This document shows positions 37,847 through 45,979 of a stretch of DNA of 47,403 nucleotides, in pieces. Position numbers and translations under genes: made by a program. This DNA comes from Candidatus Parvarchaeota archaeon (GTDB taxonomy: Archaea > Nanobdellota > Nanobdellia > Parvarchaeales > Parvarchaeaceae). The notes under the pieces are model-generated. The model was not told the origin of the DNA. It worked only from the letters and a program-made list of their open reading frames with translations, and ran no database searches. How positions within the stretch are numbered: the stretch's first letter is position 1; every line of letters starts with the position of its first letter. Location of the stretch: assembly GCA_023380615.1 (NCBI GenBank), contig JAMCRO010000035.1, forward strand, positions 1-47,403, in the 5' to 3' direction.

Positions 37847-38500
37847 TTAGTCTAATAAATCCATAACCAGAATTTTACCTGTGATGGTTATACTCTGCGG
37901 GTTTTGAAAGGCTTTTTTCATAGCCATCATAGTAAGTGTAAAGTCTGATTTTACCGCTTTTTTGAACTCTCCTGTATCACCGTTCATACCGGAGGGAATA
38001 TCAATACTTACCTTTTTGGCATTTGAATCATTTATTAAGTCAACAACTTCTGCAGTTAAATCTGGCATATCTCCATGAAAACCTGTGCCGAAAAGTCCGA
38101 CTATCAAAACATCTGCAGTCTTTATGGTTTCTTTTAAGCTTTCTAATGTTGCTGAGTCTGGGATAAAATGAACTGGCAGATTTTTTATGTCATTTATAAG
38201 GTGAAGGAAGGTTTCCGGCCCCTCTTTCAATTCTTCTTGTTTTCCAACAATTACAATTTCTATATTAGAATGATTTAAATTAAATAAATGAAAAGCCGAA
38301 GACAGCGTGTCTCCACCATTATTCCCTGTGCCAGCTATGAAAACTGCTTTCTTAAACTCCACATTGTTATGTATGAAATCTGCTACTAAATGGCCCGCAG
38401 TATCCATCATCTTCTCTTCTGTCATGCCCTTCCTTATTGCCTCATCTTCAATCTTCTTTATTTCTGCTATGCTGTAATATTCCATTTTTATAATTAACAT
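37847..38500 (-). CDS. nnrE: NAD(P)H-hydrate epimerase (YjeF N-terminal domain)
   Basis: MMDTAGHLVA, FIAGTGNNGGDTL and DIPSG motifs of the YjeF_N family; about 215 aa, with no C-terminal dehydratase domain. Confidence 0.8.
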   Translation of the reverse strand: MLIIKMEYYSIAEIKKIEDEAIRKGMTEEKMMDTAGHLVADFIHNNVEFKKAVFIAGTGNNGGDTLSSAFHLFNLNHSNIEIVIVGKQEELKEGPETFLHLINDIKNLPVHFIPDSATLESLKETIKTADVLIVGLFGTGFHGDMPDLTAEVVDLINDSNAKKVSIDIPSGMNGDTGEFKKAVKSDFTLTMMAMKKAFQNPQSITITGKILVMDLLD

Positions 38501-38530
38501 TGATTCTATAAATTTTAGACCTTATTGCAG

Positions 38531-39667
38531 TTAGATAGCAATATGCAGATAAACGGAAGCCAAATGACCCACTAAGAAAGTGACAAACGCCGCAGTAAGA
38601 CTGAGTCCTAAAGCATATAACGATGCAAGAGAGAACTTTTCATTTGAATTAAGAGCAATTATAAGCGAAGTAAGAGCAATTGCTATTGATGTTAGAATTA
38701 CAGATATCACCAAGTTATAATAGGTGTTTGATTTTATTATAGAACCTATAAGAAAACTTATTAAAGGTATTATAGCACCAAAAACGTAGAAAACGCCGAC
38801 ATACAATGCATCTTTCACTGGGTTAACTGAATCACTGTTTTGATAAATTTTGCCGTTGCCACTTATAAAATTCATAAGAGGATTTTTCCGTTCTCGCTCA
38901 AGCACTTTATAAATAGGGTCCTTCTCTTTCTTCAATTTTAAAATTAGATCCTCTAAAGACTTATCAAAATTCTTATAGTTCAAAGAATGTTTTTTAAGGT
39001 CTTCTTTCAATCTTTCTTTAGCAACCTGCAGCTCCAATTCTAAGCGATTTATACCGTCAAACTCTAAATCCTTTTCTGACTTTGATGAAAGATAAGGACC
39101 CTATTTAATGGAGATAGTACCTGACAAGCCTACTATGGTACCGGCGACTGCTATAAGGAGATTGTCATGTATGGCTCCTGTAAATCCTGCAACTGCCGCT
39201 AAAACCTCAACTAAACCGTCATTCATGCCAAAAACGACATCTCTTATATGGGATAAAACACCACTTTCCCAGGATTCTTTTTTAAGAATCCTTTCCTGGT
39301 ATAACTCCTCAACTAAGTAATTTACTACCTTCTCTCTCTGTTTATCAGGTATAACATCAAAAATTTTTGACAAATCAGAAACTTTTCTATTTTCCAGTGA
39401 ATTGATTACGCTTAATGTAAGACCGCTCCCAAATAACCTTCTCAGCAGAATAAAAAGAAAAAGTTCAATTTTATTTCCATTTTCCTTCATAGGTATATTT
39501 AATTCAGCATATATTTCAGTCCATACTTTAATGTGCTTTAGATCAAGTTCTTTAAGTTCTTTAAGCTTCTTTTTCAACTGCTTGTTTCTTTCTATTCTTT
39601 CCAGTCTTGAATATAATTCATAAGATAACTTTTCAGAGTTCAAAACCTTTTTTATTTCGTCCGACAT
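38531..39667 (-). pseudogene. VIT1/CCC1-family iron/manganese transporter with ferritin-like N-domain, interrupted by one in-frame TAG (39101-39103)
   Basis: Track ORFs 39101..39667 and 38531..39037 are in the same frame (63 nt = 21 sense codons between the stop and the second ORF). Joined reading: ..VFGMNDGLVEVLAAVAGF...GLSGTISIK*GPYLSSKSEKDLE... The stop falls inside the conserved SMA.GEY.S.KS motif at the end of TM2. Confidence 0.65.
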
Positions 39668-39701
39668 ACATTTAACATTTCTTAAACTTAAAACTTATAA
39701 A

Positions 39702-40037
39702 TTAACCAGTGAATGGGTGTGTTGGTTTAGACTTATCAAAAAACCCTTTGTATTTATCCCATATCTGTTGACCTGCGTCTTGTGACAAAATGTCTGTTAT
39801 TGTTTCAGGCCTCATAAAAACGCCCTGCGCTTGAACTAACCCATTGAAAAGAACTATGACAAAATCATTGTCTTTTGGATTCGCGTTTCCGATCTCGCAA
39901 GTTATTATGTTGTTGTCCCACATTTCTATGACTGCTTTGTGCTTTTTATCTAAGTTTTTAGAGTTAGTTTTATCAATAACTTTAACAACTCTTCCAAGAT
40001 GATAAAAAACTAATTCCTTTGCTTTTTTTTCTTCCAT
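39702..40037 (-). CDS. Hypothetical soluble protein (111 aa)
   Basis: Clean ORF with local codon usage; no family recognised. Confidence 0.5.
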   Translation of the reverse strand: MEEKKAKELVFYHLGRVVKVIDKTNSKNLDKKHKAVIEMWDNNIITCEIGNANPKDNDFVIVLFNGLVQAQGVFMRPETITDILSQDAGQQIWDKYKGFFDKSKPTHPFTG

Positions 40038-40082
40038 TCTAAAGGACTATAGTTATTTTAATATTAAAACGCTATTGTTTCT

Positions 40083-40463
40083 ATGGGTGCCATTCATTTT
40101 GCATTGCTTATTATATTTTGCCTTTACTTTGCAGGGGGAGTATTTTTAACCTATATTGTAAGTACTATTGTATATGTACTAATAAAGCACAGAAAAGACG
40201 GTGCACCATTACTTACTTTCTTTAACAATAAAAGAAATGCATACAGAGAAGTTTCACTGCTGTTATACACCAGCATATTAGCGGTTCCAGTCGCAGTAAT
40301 CTCTTCTTTAAGCCAGCTGGAAACATCAAACTTTGGTTATTTGCAGACTAATTTCTGGTCTATAGTCTTAGATTTCGGGGCTTATTTAATAGGCATACTA
40401 GTGGTTGGATTCGCAGGATATGCGGTACTACAATGGTATAAGAGGTTTAGGGAATTTTTATGA
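40083..40463 (+). CDS. Hypothetical small membrane protein (about 4 TM)
   Basis: Hydrophobic helices. ATGA start/stop overlap with the next gene suggests translational coupling. Confidence 0.5.
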   Translation: MGAIHFALLIIFCLYFAGGVFLTYIVSTIVYVLIKHRKDGAPLLTFFNNKRNAYREVSLLLYTSILAVPVAVISSLSQLETSNFGYLQTNFWSIVLDFGAYLIGILVVGFAGYAVLQWYKRFREFL

Positions 40464-40792
40464 ACAGTATAATCTATTCAATAGCGCTGCTGGTAGAAAC
40501 TATAGTAATATTGTTATTCGGACTCCGGGTATTCATTAACTTGAAAAGGAGCCCGGATATATTCTTAAGCAAAATGTATTTGGGGTATAAAGGAAAGCTA
40601 CCCTTAACATTTATTTTCCTGCTGTTAAGTGCAGTCTCTATCTTAATAGGTTTCTTGATGACAATAATAGAATTTTTAATGAACAATCAAACTCTTTTCT
40701 GGGAATACCCTACTCTAGCAGTATATTTCTTCCTTGCTTTGTTTTTTATAACATTCATACCTCTCATTAAACTCAAGAAAAACAAACTTTAA
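40460..40792 (+). CDS. Hypothetical small membrane protein (about 3 TM)
   Basis: Three hydrophobic helices and a Lys-rich C-terminus; coupled to the upstream membrane ORF. Confidence 0.5.
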   Translation: MNSIIYSIALLVETIVILLFGLRVFINLKRSPDIFLSKMYLGYKGKLPLTFIFLLLSAVSILIGFLMTIIEFLMNNQTLFWEYPTLAVYFFLALFFITFIPLIKLKKNKL

Positions 40793-40823
40793 AATATAAA
40801 TATGATTAAAGGTATTACTAATT

Positions 40824-41141
40824 ATGGCTGGAAACTCATTCAATACGAAACACGAGAAAAGGCAAAGCAACGATATAGCTGCTGAATCAGGAAAAGAATT
40901 TGTGTTTAGATTAAAAGACGGAAAAGAAGTAGGCAGAGCCGGCACTTTAAATGGTTTTGAAGGGTTAATAAGAACGTTGCCGATAGAATCTTTGGAATTT
41001 CACAACGCTGGAAAACACTTTTCAGCATGGCTACATTACCTTAAACAAGACAGGATTGCAAATGCCTTTGATAGAATAGATTCTAAAGGCGAGAGATTAA
41101 GACACGAATTATTGGAAGCTATAAAACTTAATAAATTATAA
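40824..41141 (+). CDS. Hypothetical protein, possibly DUF5752-like
   Basis: The pattern FVFRLKDGKEVGRAGTLNGFEGLIRTLPIESLEFHNAGKHFSAWL...IANAF resembles, from memory, DUF5752. Weak assignment. Confidence 0.45.
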   Translation: MAGNSFNTKHEKRQSNDIAAESGKEFVFRLKDGKEVGRAGTLNGFEGLIRTLPIESLEFHNAGKHFSAWLHYLKQDRIANAFDRIDSKGERLRHELLEAIKLNKL

Positions 41142-41438
41142 TTTGCAGTCTAATCCTTCATTGTATCCGTGTGGATAATCCATCATAAAAATCTTTTTAC
41201 CGTTCAATTTGCAAGTATAAACGTAAAAAGGTATAGGCCCCTTCCAGCCTTCATATTGCCTTTCGCCGATTTTTACAAACCCTTTTAATCTTAGTTTCAA
41301 CGAACTCATGTAATCTAAAGAAATATCTTCTACTGTTTTAGTTTTACGGTTATAGGCCTGCACTTTCAAGCCGTTTTTGGAAGTTTTATCCAACAGAGTC
41401 TCAAGGCCATTGTTATACCAACTTACTGCTTCGACCAT
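41136..41438 (-). CDS. Hypothetical protein (100 aa)
   Basis: Clean ORF. Its 3' end overlaps the convergent 40824..41141 gene by 6 nt. No family recognised. Confidence 0.45.
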   Translation of the reverse strand: MVEAVSWYNNGLETLLDKTSKNGLKVQAYNRKTKTVEDISLDYMSSLKLRLKGFVKIGERQYEGWKGPIPFYVYTCKLNGKKIFMMDYPHGYNEGLDCKL

Positions 41439-41487
41439 AAAGTTTCATGAAACGAGGTAGTATTTAAGCTTTTAGTTTATGCTTTTA

Positions 41488-42756
41488 TTAAGTAGTAATA
41501 TTCAACTCTTCTTTTATTATTGTCTCTGCCTTGTTTATTATAGATGGGGAGAAAGCAATGTTTAATTCCCTTGTTCTGCCATATCTGCCATGACTCTTTA
41601 TTCGGGACATTACTAAAGAATTGTAATCCATATCTGCAATTAAATCAGAAACGCGCCTAAATGTCAACTTCTTTAGCCCAAACTTTTCAGAAAGCTTGAG
41701 ATAAGCATCGTAAACCTCCCCACTATACACTCTGCCCATCCTTTTGTTCCTTGCAACTGAAATTATAGATAGAAGTATGCATTTGCTCTGCCTAGTCATT
41801 GACTTAATCATACCTTCGGTTATATTTTGTTCGAGGGCTTCTGCCGCATTATCTAGTTCATCCTCTGTTATAACTGAATTACCAAGCTGCTGTGTTCTCT
41901 CTCCTGCAACCTTTAATAGATCCAAGGCTTTTCGTATATCACCATGTTCTTGTGCAACCATTGCTGCACATTTCCTCAAAACGCCTTCACTAATTGCATT
42001 TTCATAAAAAGCTTCTTTGGAGCGATTTAACAGTATATCAAAAATCTCATTTGCATTGTATGGCTTAAAGATTATTTCAACAGGATTTAAAGAGCTTCTT
42101 ACTCTTTGATCTAGAGAAGCTTTTAAGTCTATGTTGTTTGAAATGCCGATTATAGCGATCTTTGCGTGTTTAAGGGACTCATTTAGCCTAAGAAGGCTGT
42201 ATAACACACCATCACCGGCATGCTGTATAAGTTTTTCTATCTCATCTAATATAAGGATAAGATAAGTACTTTCGGCATCTATTATTTTTATTAGCCTTTT
42301 GTACAAACTATTTACTGAAAGGCCACTCTCTGGAACATTTATGTTAAAAACAGCACATAGATTTGCTATCAACCTATACTCTGTATTGTTGTTTTCTAAC
42401 CTACAATTCATGTAAACGGGAAGCACATTTACTTTTTTCTCCTCTGCTGAGCTAGCTAATTTCTTGCCAACATACTTTGTAACTAATGATTTACCTGTTC
42501 CAGAAAACCCATAAACTAAAACATTAGAAATGCCTTCAAATAACAAACTAGGGGCCATAATTCTAGATAGTGAGGCTATCTCAGTATTTCTATGTGTTAT
42601 TTCATCGGGAATAAAGGAAGAGGATAAAACCTCTTTATTCTTAAAGATACGTTTGCTAGTAAGAAACTCATTAAATATTGCAATTGGATCTACGCTGTTT
42701 ATTTTATCGGTGTTTGTTTTCTGGAAAGGATTATTGTCAGATTGAAAAGTTTCCAT
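41488..42756 (-). CDS. cdc6: Orc1/Cdc6 replication initiator
   Basis: AAA+ Walker A VYGFSGTGKS, Walker B LILILDEIE, sensor regions and a C-terminal winged-helix domain (..VYDAYLKLSEKFGLKKLTFRRVSDLIADM). Adjacent to the ORB-containing intergenic region. Confidence 0.93.
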   Translation of the reverse strand: METFQSDNNPFQKTNTDKINSVDPIAIFNEFLTSKRIFKNKEVLSSSFIPDEITHRNTEIASLSRIMAPSLLFEGISNVLVYGFSGTGKSLVTKYVGKKLASSAEEKKVNVLPVYMNCRLENNNTEYRLIANLCAVFNINVPESGLSVNSLYKRLIKIIDAESTYLILILDEIEKLIQHAGDGVLYSLLRLNESLKHAKIAIIGISNNIDLKASLDQRVRSSLNPVEIIFKPYNANEIFDILLNRSKEAFYENAISEGVLRKCAAMVAQEHGDIRKALDLLKVAGERTQQLGNSVITEDELDNAAEALEQNITEGMIKSMTRQSKCILLSIISVARNKRMGRVYSGEVYDAYLKLSEKFGLKKLTFRRVSDLIADMDYNSLVMSRIKSHGRYGRTRELNIAFSPSIINKAETIIKEELNITT

Positions 42757-42783
42757 ATCTTAGTAAATTATTGTGTATTTCTT

Positions 42784-42793
42784 TATTTAAATA
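42784..42793 (-). promoter_or_regulatory. TATA-box candidate for orc1/cdc6 (palindrome TATTTAAATA)
   Basis: Centred about 30 nt upstream of the orc1 ATG (42756), consistent with a leaderless or short-leader archaeal promoter. Confidence 0.4.
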
Positions 42794-42852
42794 CTATTAG
42801 TAATTTTAGTTATATAACTTTATTTAAATAACTCTATTTAACTGATAATATA

Positions 42853-42878
42853 GAGACACCTACGTTTCTTATGGAAAC
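42853..42878 (-). repeat. ORB element a (inverted orientation)
   Basis: The reverse complement GTTTCCATAAGAAACGTAGGTGTCTC matches ORB c at 21 of 26 positions (hand count). Confidence 0.75.
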
Positions 42879-42960
42879 TTTATTTAAATAAATTTAGTAA
42901 TTAAATATGTTATATATTATTATATATTCTATATAGAATTATAATAAATATAATAATATG
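42879..42960. other. Duplex unwinding element (DUE)
   Basis: 82 nt containing only 5 G/C, rich in TATA/ATAT runs, lying between oppositely oriented ORB a and ORB b. Confidence 0.7.
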
Positions 42961-42986
42961 ACTTCCATAGGAAATATAGGTGTATT
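42961..42986 (+). repeat. ORB element b; a mini-ORB dyad TTCCATGGGAA follows at 42985-42995
   Basis: ACTTCCATAGGAAATATAGGTGTATT matches ORB c at 19 of 26 positions (hand count). The adjacent TTCC-ATG-GGAA dyad lacks the GGTGT element. Confidence 0.7.
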
Positions 42987-43044
42987 CCATGGGAAGTAAT
43001 TTCTATTAAAAGAAAGTGTTTTTACTTCGATTACAGGTCAAGTT

Positions 43045-43070
43045 CTTTCCATAGGAAATGAGGGTGTCTC
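43045..43070 (+). repeat. ORB element c
   Basis: CTTTCCATAGGAAATGAGGGTGTCTC: a dyad TTCC-ATA-GGAA plus the G-rich GGTGTCTC element. Confidence 0.75.
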
Positions 43071-43126
43071 ATATAGCCATATATATTATATGTTTACTAC
43101 TTTATAACCGTAATTAAATAGAAAGG

Positions 43127-43136
43127 TTTAAATATT
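43127..43136 (+). promoter_or_regulatory. TATA-box candidate for the origin-adjacent operon
   Basis: TTTAAATATT is preceded by purine-rich GAAAGG (BRE-like), about 35 nt upstream of the ATG at 43166. Confidence 0.35.
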
Positions 43137-43165
43137 GGCGTTTTCTAAAAATCAAATTAAAAAGT

Positions 43166-45355
43166 ATGATAAATAAAAATATGAATTTGATAATTAGTTT
43201 TACAGTATTGTTTTTAGTAGTATTTATTTTATTTTTGAATTTTGGAAATAGTCATGGTCTTTCTTGTTATGATCAAAATATAACTTTAACAAATTCCTCT
43301 AACCCTATTTGTACTTATCAATGGGTAACTGTTAACAGCCCGGTTTCCTTGGTCAATGAAAGCATAATAGCAAAAGGCTTGCTCATAAATAATACACTTA
43401 GTATTACTGGAAATTCTACTCTAAATATCAGCACAATAATAAACAAAGGTAATGCTACAATAAATGCGACTTTGCTTAGCGGCAATGCTCTTGAAAATTA
43501 TGGAACATTAATGCTGGAAAAGCCCGTCTTTATTAATTTTAGCTATTTCTTAAACAATGGCACAATTATAAATAAGAATTATTTGAATAACGGAGGCTAT
43601 ACAAATGCATACATGTCTTACAACGGAAATAACTATGGTTGTGGTGGTAAAAGTTACCCTCTTTCCTATGCAGGAAGTGGTGGGGGAAGTTTGGCTACTT
43701 ACAGCGCATGTAATGGTGGAAATACCTTAGCAGAAAAAGGTTCGGGCCAAGTAACTAGTTACGTAAATAAAGTAGTGTATCCTATATCCAACAGTTCTGG
43801 CAACCATGTTTATTCCACACTTTCCAATTACTCCTTTAATTTAAGTATGTTGAACAGCGCAGGTGGAGCATCTTATAATGGTGTGAATAGCAGCTCCTTT
43901 TTCATGCGTGGCGGCAGTGGAGTATTACCTTTGGTAATAATCTCAAAAGCGTTCAACAACACTGGTAGGATCTACGATCAAGGTCAGTCTATAAATTACT
44001 CTACTATTAAAAATGCAAGTAAATTCATTGCTTTTGGAATCGTAGGAGCAGGTGGTGGGGGCTTAATTGAGGTTATTTCAGGCACATTTATTAATAAAGG
44101 CACTTTTAATGTAAGCGGCGGTAAGATTTACTTAAATAGTTCACTTTCATTGCCTTTAGATTATACCCCGGCTAATCTTGGATATGGTGGTAATGGGAAT
44201 GTTTTTCTATTTAAAGCAAACAGTAAATTGCTGTTAGATTCCATACATACTTACCAGTGGGGCCAGATACAGCAGAACTATAACCTTAACTATTCAGACA
44301 ATTCTTCCAAGAAAACACAAAACTATTCAATTATAGTCAAAGTTCAATCCCCTTCAGATTGTAGTTTAACTGGAATTTATGTGAATTTGAAAGGAAATTA
44401 TAATAACAACAGTTTTTTAGAGAGTCAACCACTTAACAATCCTACTTTTTCAATAAACAAGTCAGTTAAAAATCTATATTTATATTTATCTGGCAGCAAT
44501 CCCTTAATCCATTATTACAGTAACTTAACTGTATTTTTCAGTAATGTTTCAAACACAAGCATAGAAAGTTTAAACTTAACCAAATACCCTCTAATTAACC
44601 TCTCATTTAAAAGCAATCAAAACTTAAGTTTTAATCTGCTTAAAGAAAACAATTCTGTTTTTTCAGGAACAACTTTATCTAAACCCATTTTCTTAAAATT
44701 AGAGCAAGGGAACTACCGTTTATCGTTTGAGAATGGCTCGAATAGTTATACATATAATTTCTATGCGGCTCCCAACTGCGTAGGGTATGAAAATATTACG
44801 ATTTTTCCCGGTAAACCTTACTACTTTTATGACTCACTAAATATTTCCGCAGTACCGTTTACGATATATAAGACAGATACTATTACAAAAAACATAACTG
44901 ATTATAACAATATAAACAGCTGCAATTTCAACATTTCTGCGTTGATAAACTTGGACAAAGAAATATTGAGTAGTGTTTACTCAATGAATAATAGCATATC
45001 TGCCGTTTCAAACAACAAGGTTAACTACACAAGCATATTGAGCAAGGAAATAAACTACACAAATTACATGTTGGATGCGTACAGTAGCAAAGGCTCTCAA
45101 AATCCGCAAAAGATATATTTAAACCAGACGGGCCTGAACTTGCTGTCTTATTACAATAATGGAAATTTCACAAAGGAAGTTTTCCAAATAAACAATAATG
45201 GAACGATAAATCTAAGCTATGGGATTAACAAAAGCATGGAGATTGTGCTGACTAAACAGGCACAACAGAACTTTTTCGCATCCACGGAAAAGGACATAAT
45301 AAAAGCATTTAGTTATGTTCCTTCACTGTTTCTCGGCTTTTTAGGGGGCCTGTAA
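43166..45355 (+). CDS. Large Asn/Gly/Ser-rich secreted or surface protein, probable beta-helix-like repeats
   Basis: N-terminal signal/anchor (LIISFTVLFLVVFILFLNF). Repeated N.G.I.N / GGG-containing segments (SGGGS, GAGGGGLIEV, GYGGNGNVF). Dozens of N-x-S/T sequons and a short hydrophobic C-terminus (VPSLFLGFLGGL). No family recognised. Confidence 0.7.
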   Translation: MINKNMNLIISFTVLFLVVFILFLNFGNSHGLSCYDQNITLTNSSNPICTYQWVTVNSPVSLVNESIIAKGLLINNTLSITGNSTLNISTIINKGNATINATLLSGNALENYGTLMLEKPVFINFSYFLNNGTIINKNYLNNGGYTNAYMSYNGNNYGCGGKSYPLSYAGSGGGSLATYSACNGGNTLAEKGSGQVTSYVNKVVYPISNSSGNHVYSTLSNYSFNLSMLNSAGGASYNGVNSSSFFMRGGSGVLPLVIISKAFNNTGRIYDQGQSINYSTIKNASKFIAFGIVGAGGGGLIEVISGTFINKGTFNVSGGKIYLNSSLSLPLDYTPANLGYGGNGNVFLFKANSKLLLDSIHTYQWGQIQQNYNLNYSDNSSKKTQNYSIIVKVQSPSDCSLTGIYVNLKGNYNNNSFLESQPLNNPTFSINKSVKNLYLYLSGSNPLIHYYSNLTVFFSNVSNTSIESLNLTKYPLINLSFKSNQNLSFNLLKENNSVFSGTTLSKPIFLKLEQGNYRLSFENGSNSYTYNFYAAPNCVGYENITIFPGKPYYFYDSLNISAVPFTIYKTDTITKNITDYNNINSCNFNISALINLDKEILSSVYSMNNSISAVSNNKVNYTSILSKEINYTNYMLDAYSSKGSQNPQKIYLNQTGLNLLSYYNNGNFTKEVFQINNNGTINLSYGINKSMEIVLTKQAQQNFFASTEKDIIKAFSYVPSLFLGFLGGL

Positions 45356-45972
45356 TGGAAGAAGACATAAAACAGCTTTATGATGCAGTATTGAAACTAA
45401 ATGAAAAACTTTCACAGGTGAACAGCAAGAACGATCAACTAGAATCTCTTATAAATTCAATGTCCCAGTACATTTTAGAGAAAAACGAAGGGGATATAAC
45501 AGAGCAGGAAATTGTCGTATTAGACCCTTTTAACATAGGGGGATACAAAAACGTTTCAACTGCAAACGGCAGCGTTCTAAAAGTAAGGTCAAAAGGTTTA
45601 TGTGTAAATGGGAGGCATTCTGTGGATGAAACTACTCCCGTAATCCTGTGCTCAAAATGCAATGGAATAATATGCGAAAAGCATGATACGGGCCTTAATC
45701 CGCCAATGTGCGTAAACTGCATAAAGGATCAGATAAAGGATTTGGAGCTTTTGGATATTTACATACTCAATGCTGTTAACACCGGCTTGAATTTAAATGA
45801 GCTAAGGAAAATAATAAAAGGTTCTTACAGAGAATTCAATAATTCACAGCAGAGACTAATAAAGGAAGGTTATCTCGAAAGAGACCTTCTTTTTAGAAAG
45901 ATCTTGACTACAAAAGGGGCATCGGCCCTTGCCTTAGGCAGCAAAGTATACAATCTTTCCTTTATTCAGTAA
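45355..45972 (+). CDS. Coiled-coil / zinc-ribbon / winged-helix protein
   Basis: TAATG overlap with the upstream gene. N-terminal heptad region (LYDAVLKLNEKLSQVNSKNDQLESLINSM), CSKC-x18-CVNC zinc ribbon, and a C-terminal wHTH-like segment (LNELRKIIKGSYREFNNSQQRLIKEGYLER). Confidence 0.6.
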   Translation: MEEDIKQLYDAVLKLNEKLSQVNSKNDQLESLINSMSQYILEKNEGDITEQEIVVLDPFNIGGYKNVSTANGSVLKVRSKGLCVNGRHSVDETTPVILCSKCNGIICEKHDTGLNPPMCVNCIKDQIKDLELLDIYILNAVNTGLNLNELRKIIKGSYREFNNSQQRLIKEGYLERDLLFRKILTTKGASALALGSKVYNLSFIQ

Positions 45973-45979
45973 TGTACAA

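Larger units (their letters stand above)
42853..43070. other. Chromosomal replication origin (oriC): inverted ORB elements flanking an AT-rich duplex unwinding element
   Basis: Three 26-nt ORB-like boxes with the core TTCCATA(G/A)GAAA(T/C)-N3-GGTGT. One is inverted relative to the other two. The 82-nt spacer has only 5 G/C. The region is adjacent to orc1/cdc6. Confidence 0.8.

Noticed and set aside
39101-39103. The in-frame TAG in the VIT1 gene as pyrrolysine or a reassigned sense codon
   Set aside because: TAG terminates at least two confident genes here (rps27e at 8819-8821 and the SDH anchor gene at 21994-21996). No pyl genes or PYLIS-like context were seen. A nonsense mutation, sequencing error or rare readthrough is more likely.
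42746-42756. AAAGTTTCCAT at the orc1 start codon matches the ORB half-site (ATGGAAACTTT is also the edge of ORB a)
   Set aside because: Only a half dyad is present, with no GGTGT element. It is probably a coincidence of the Met-Glu-Thr-Phe codons.
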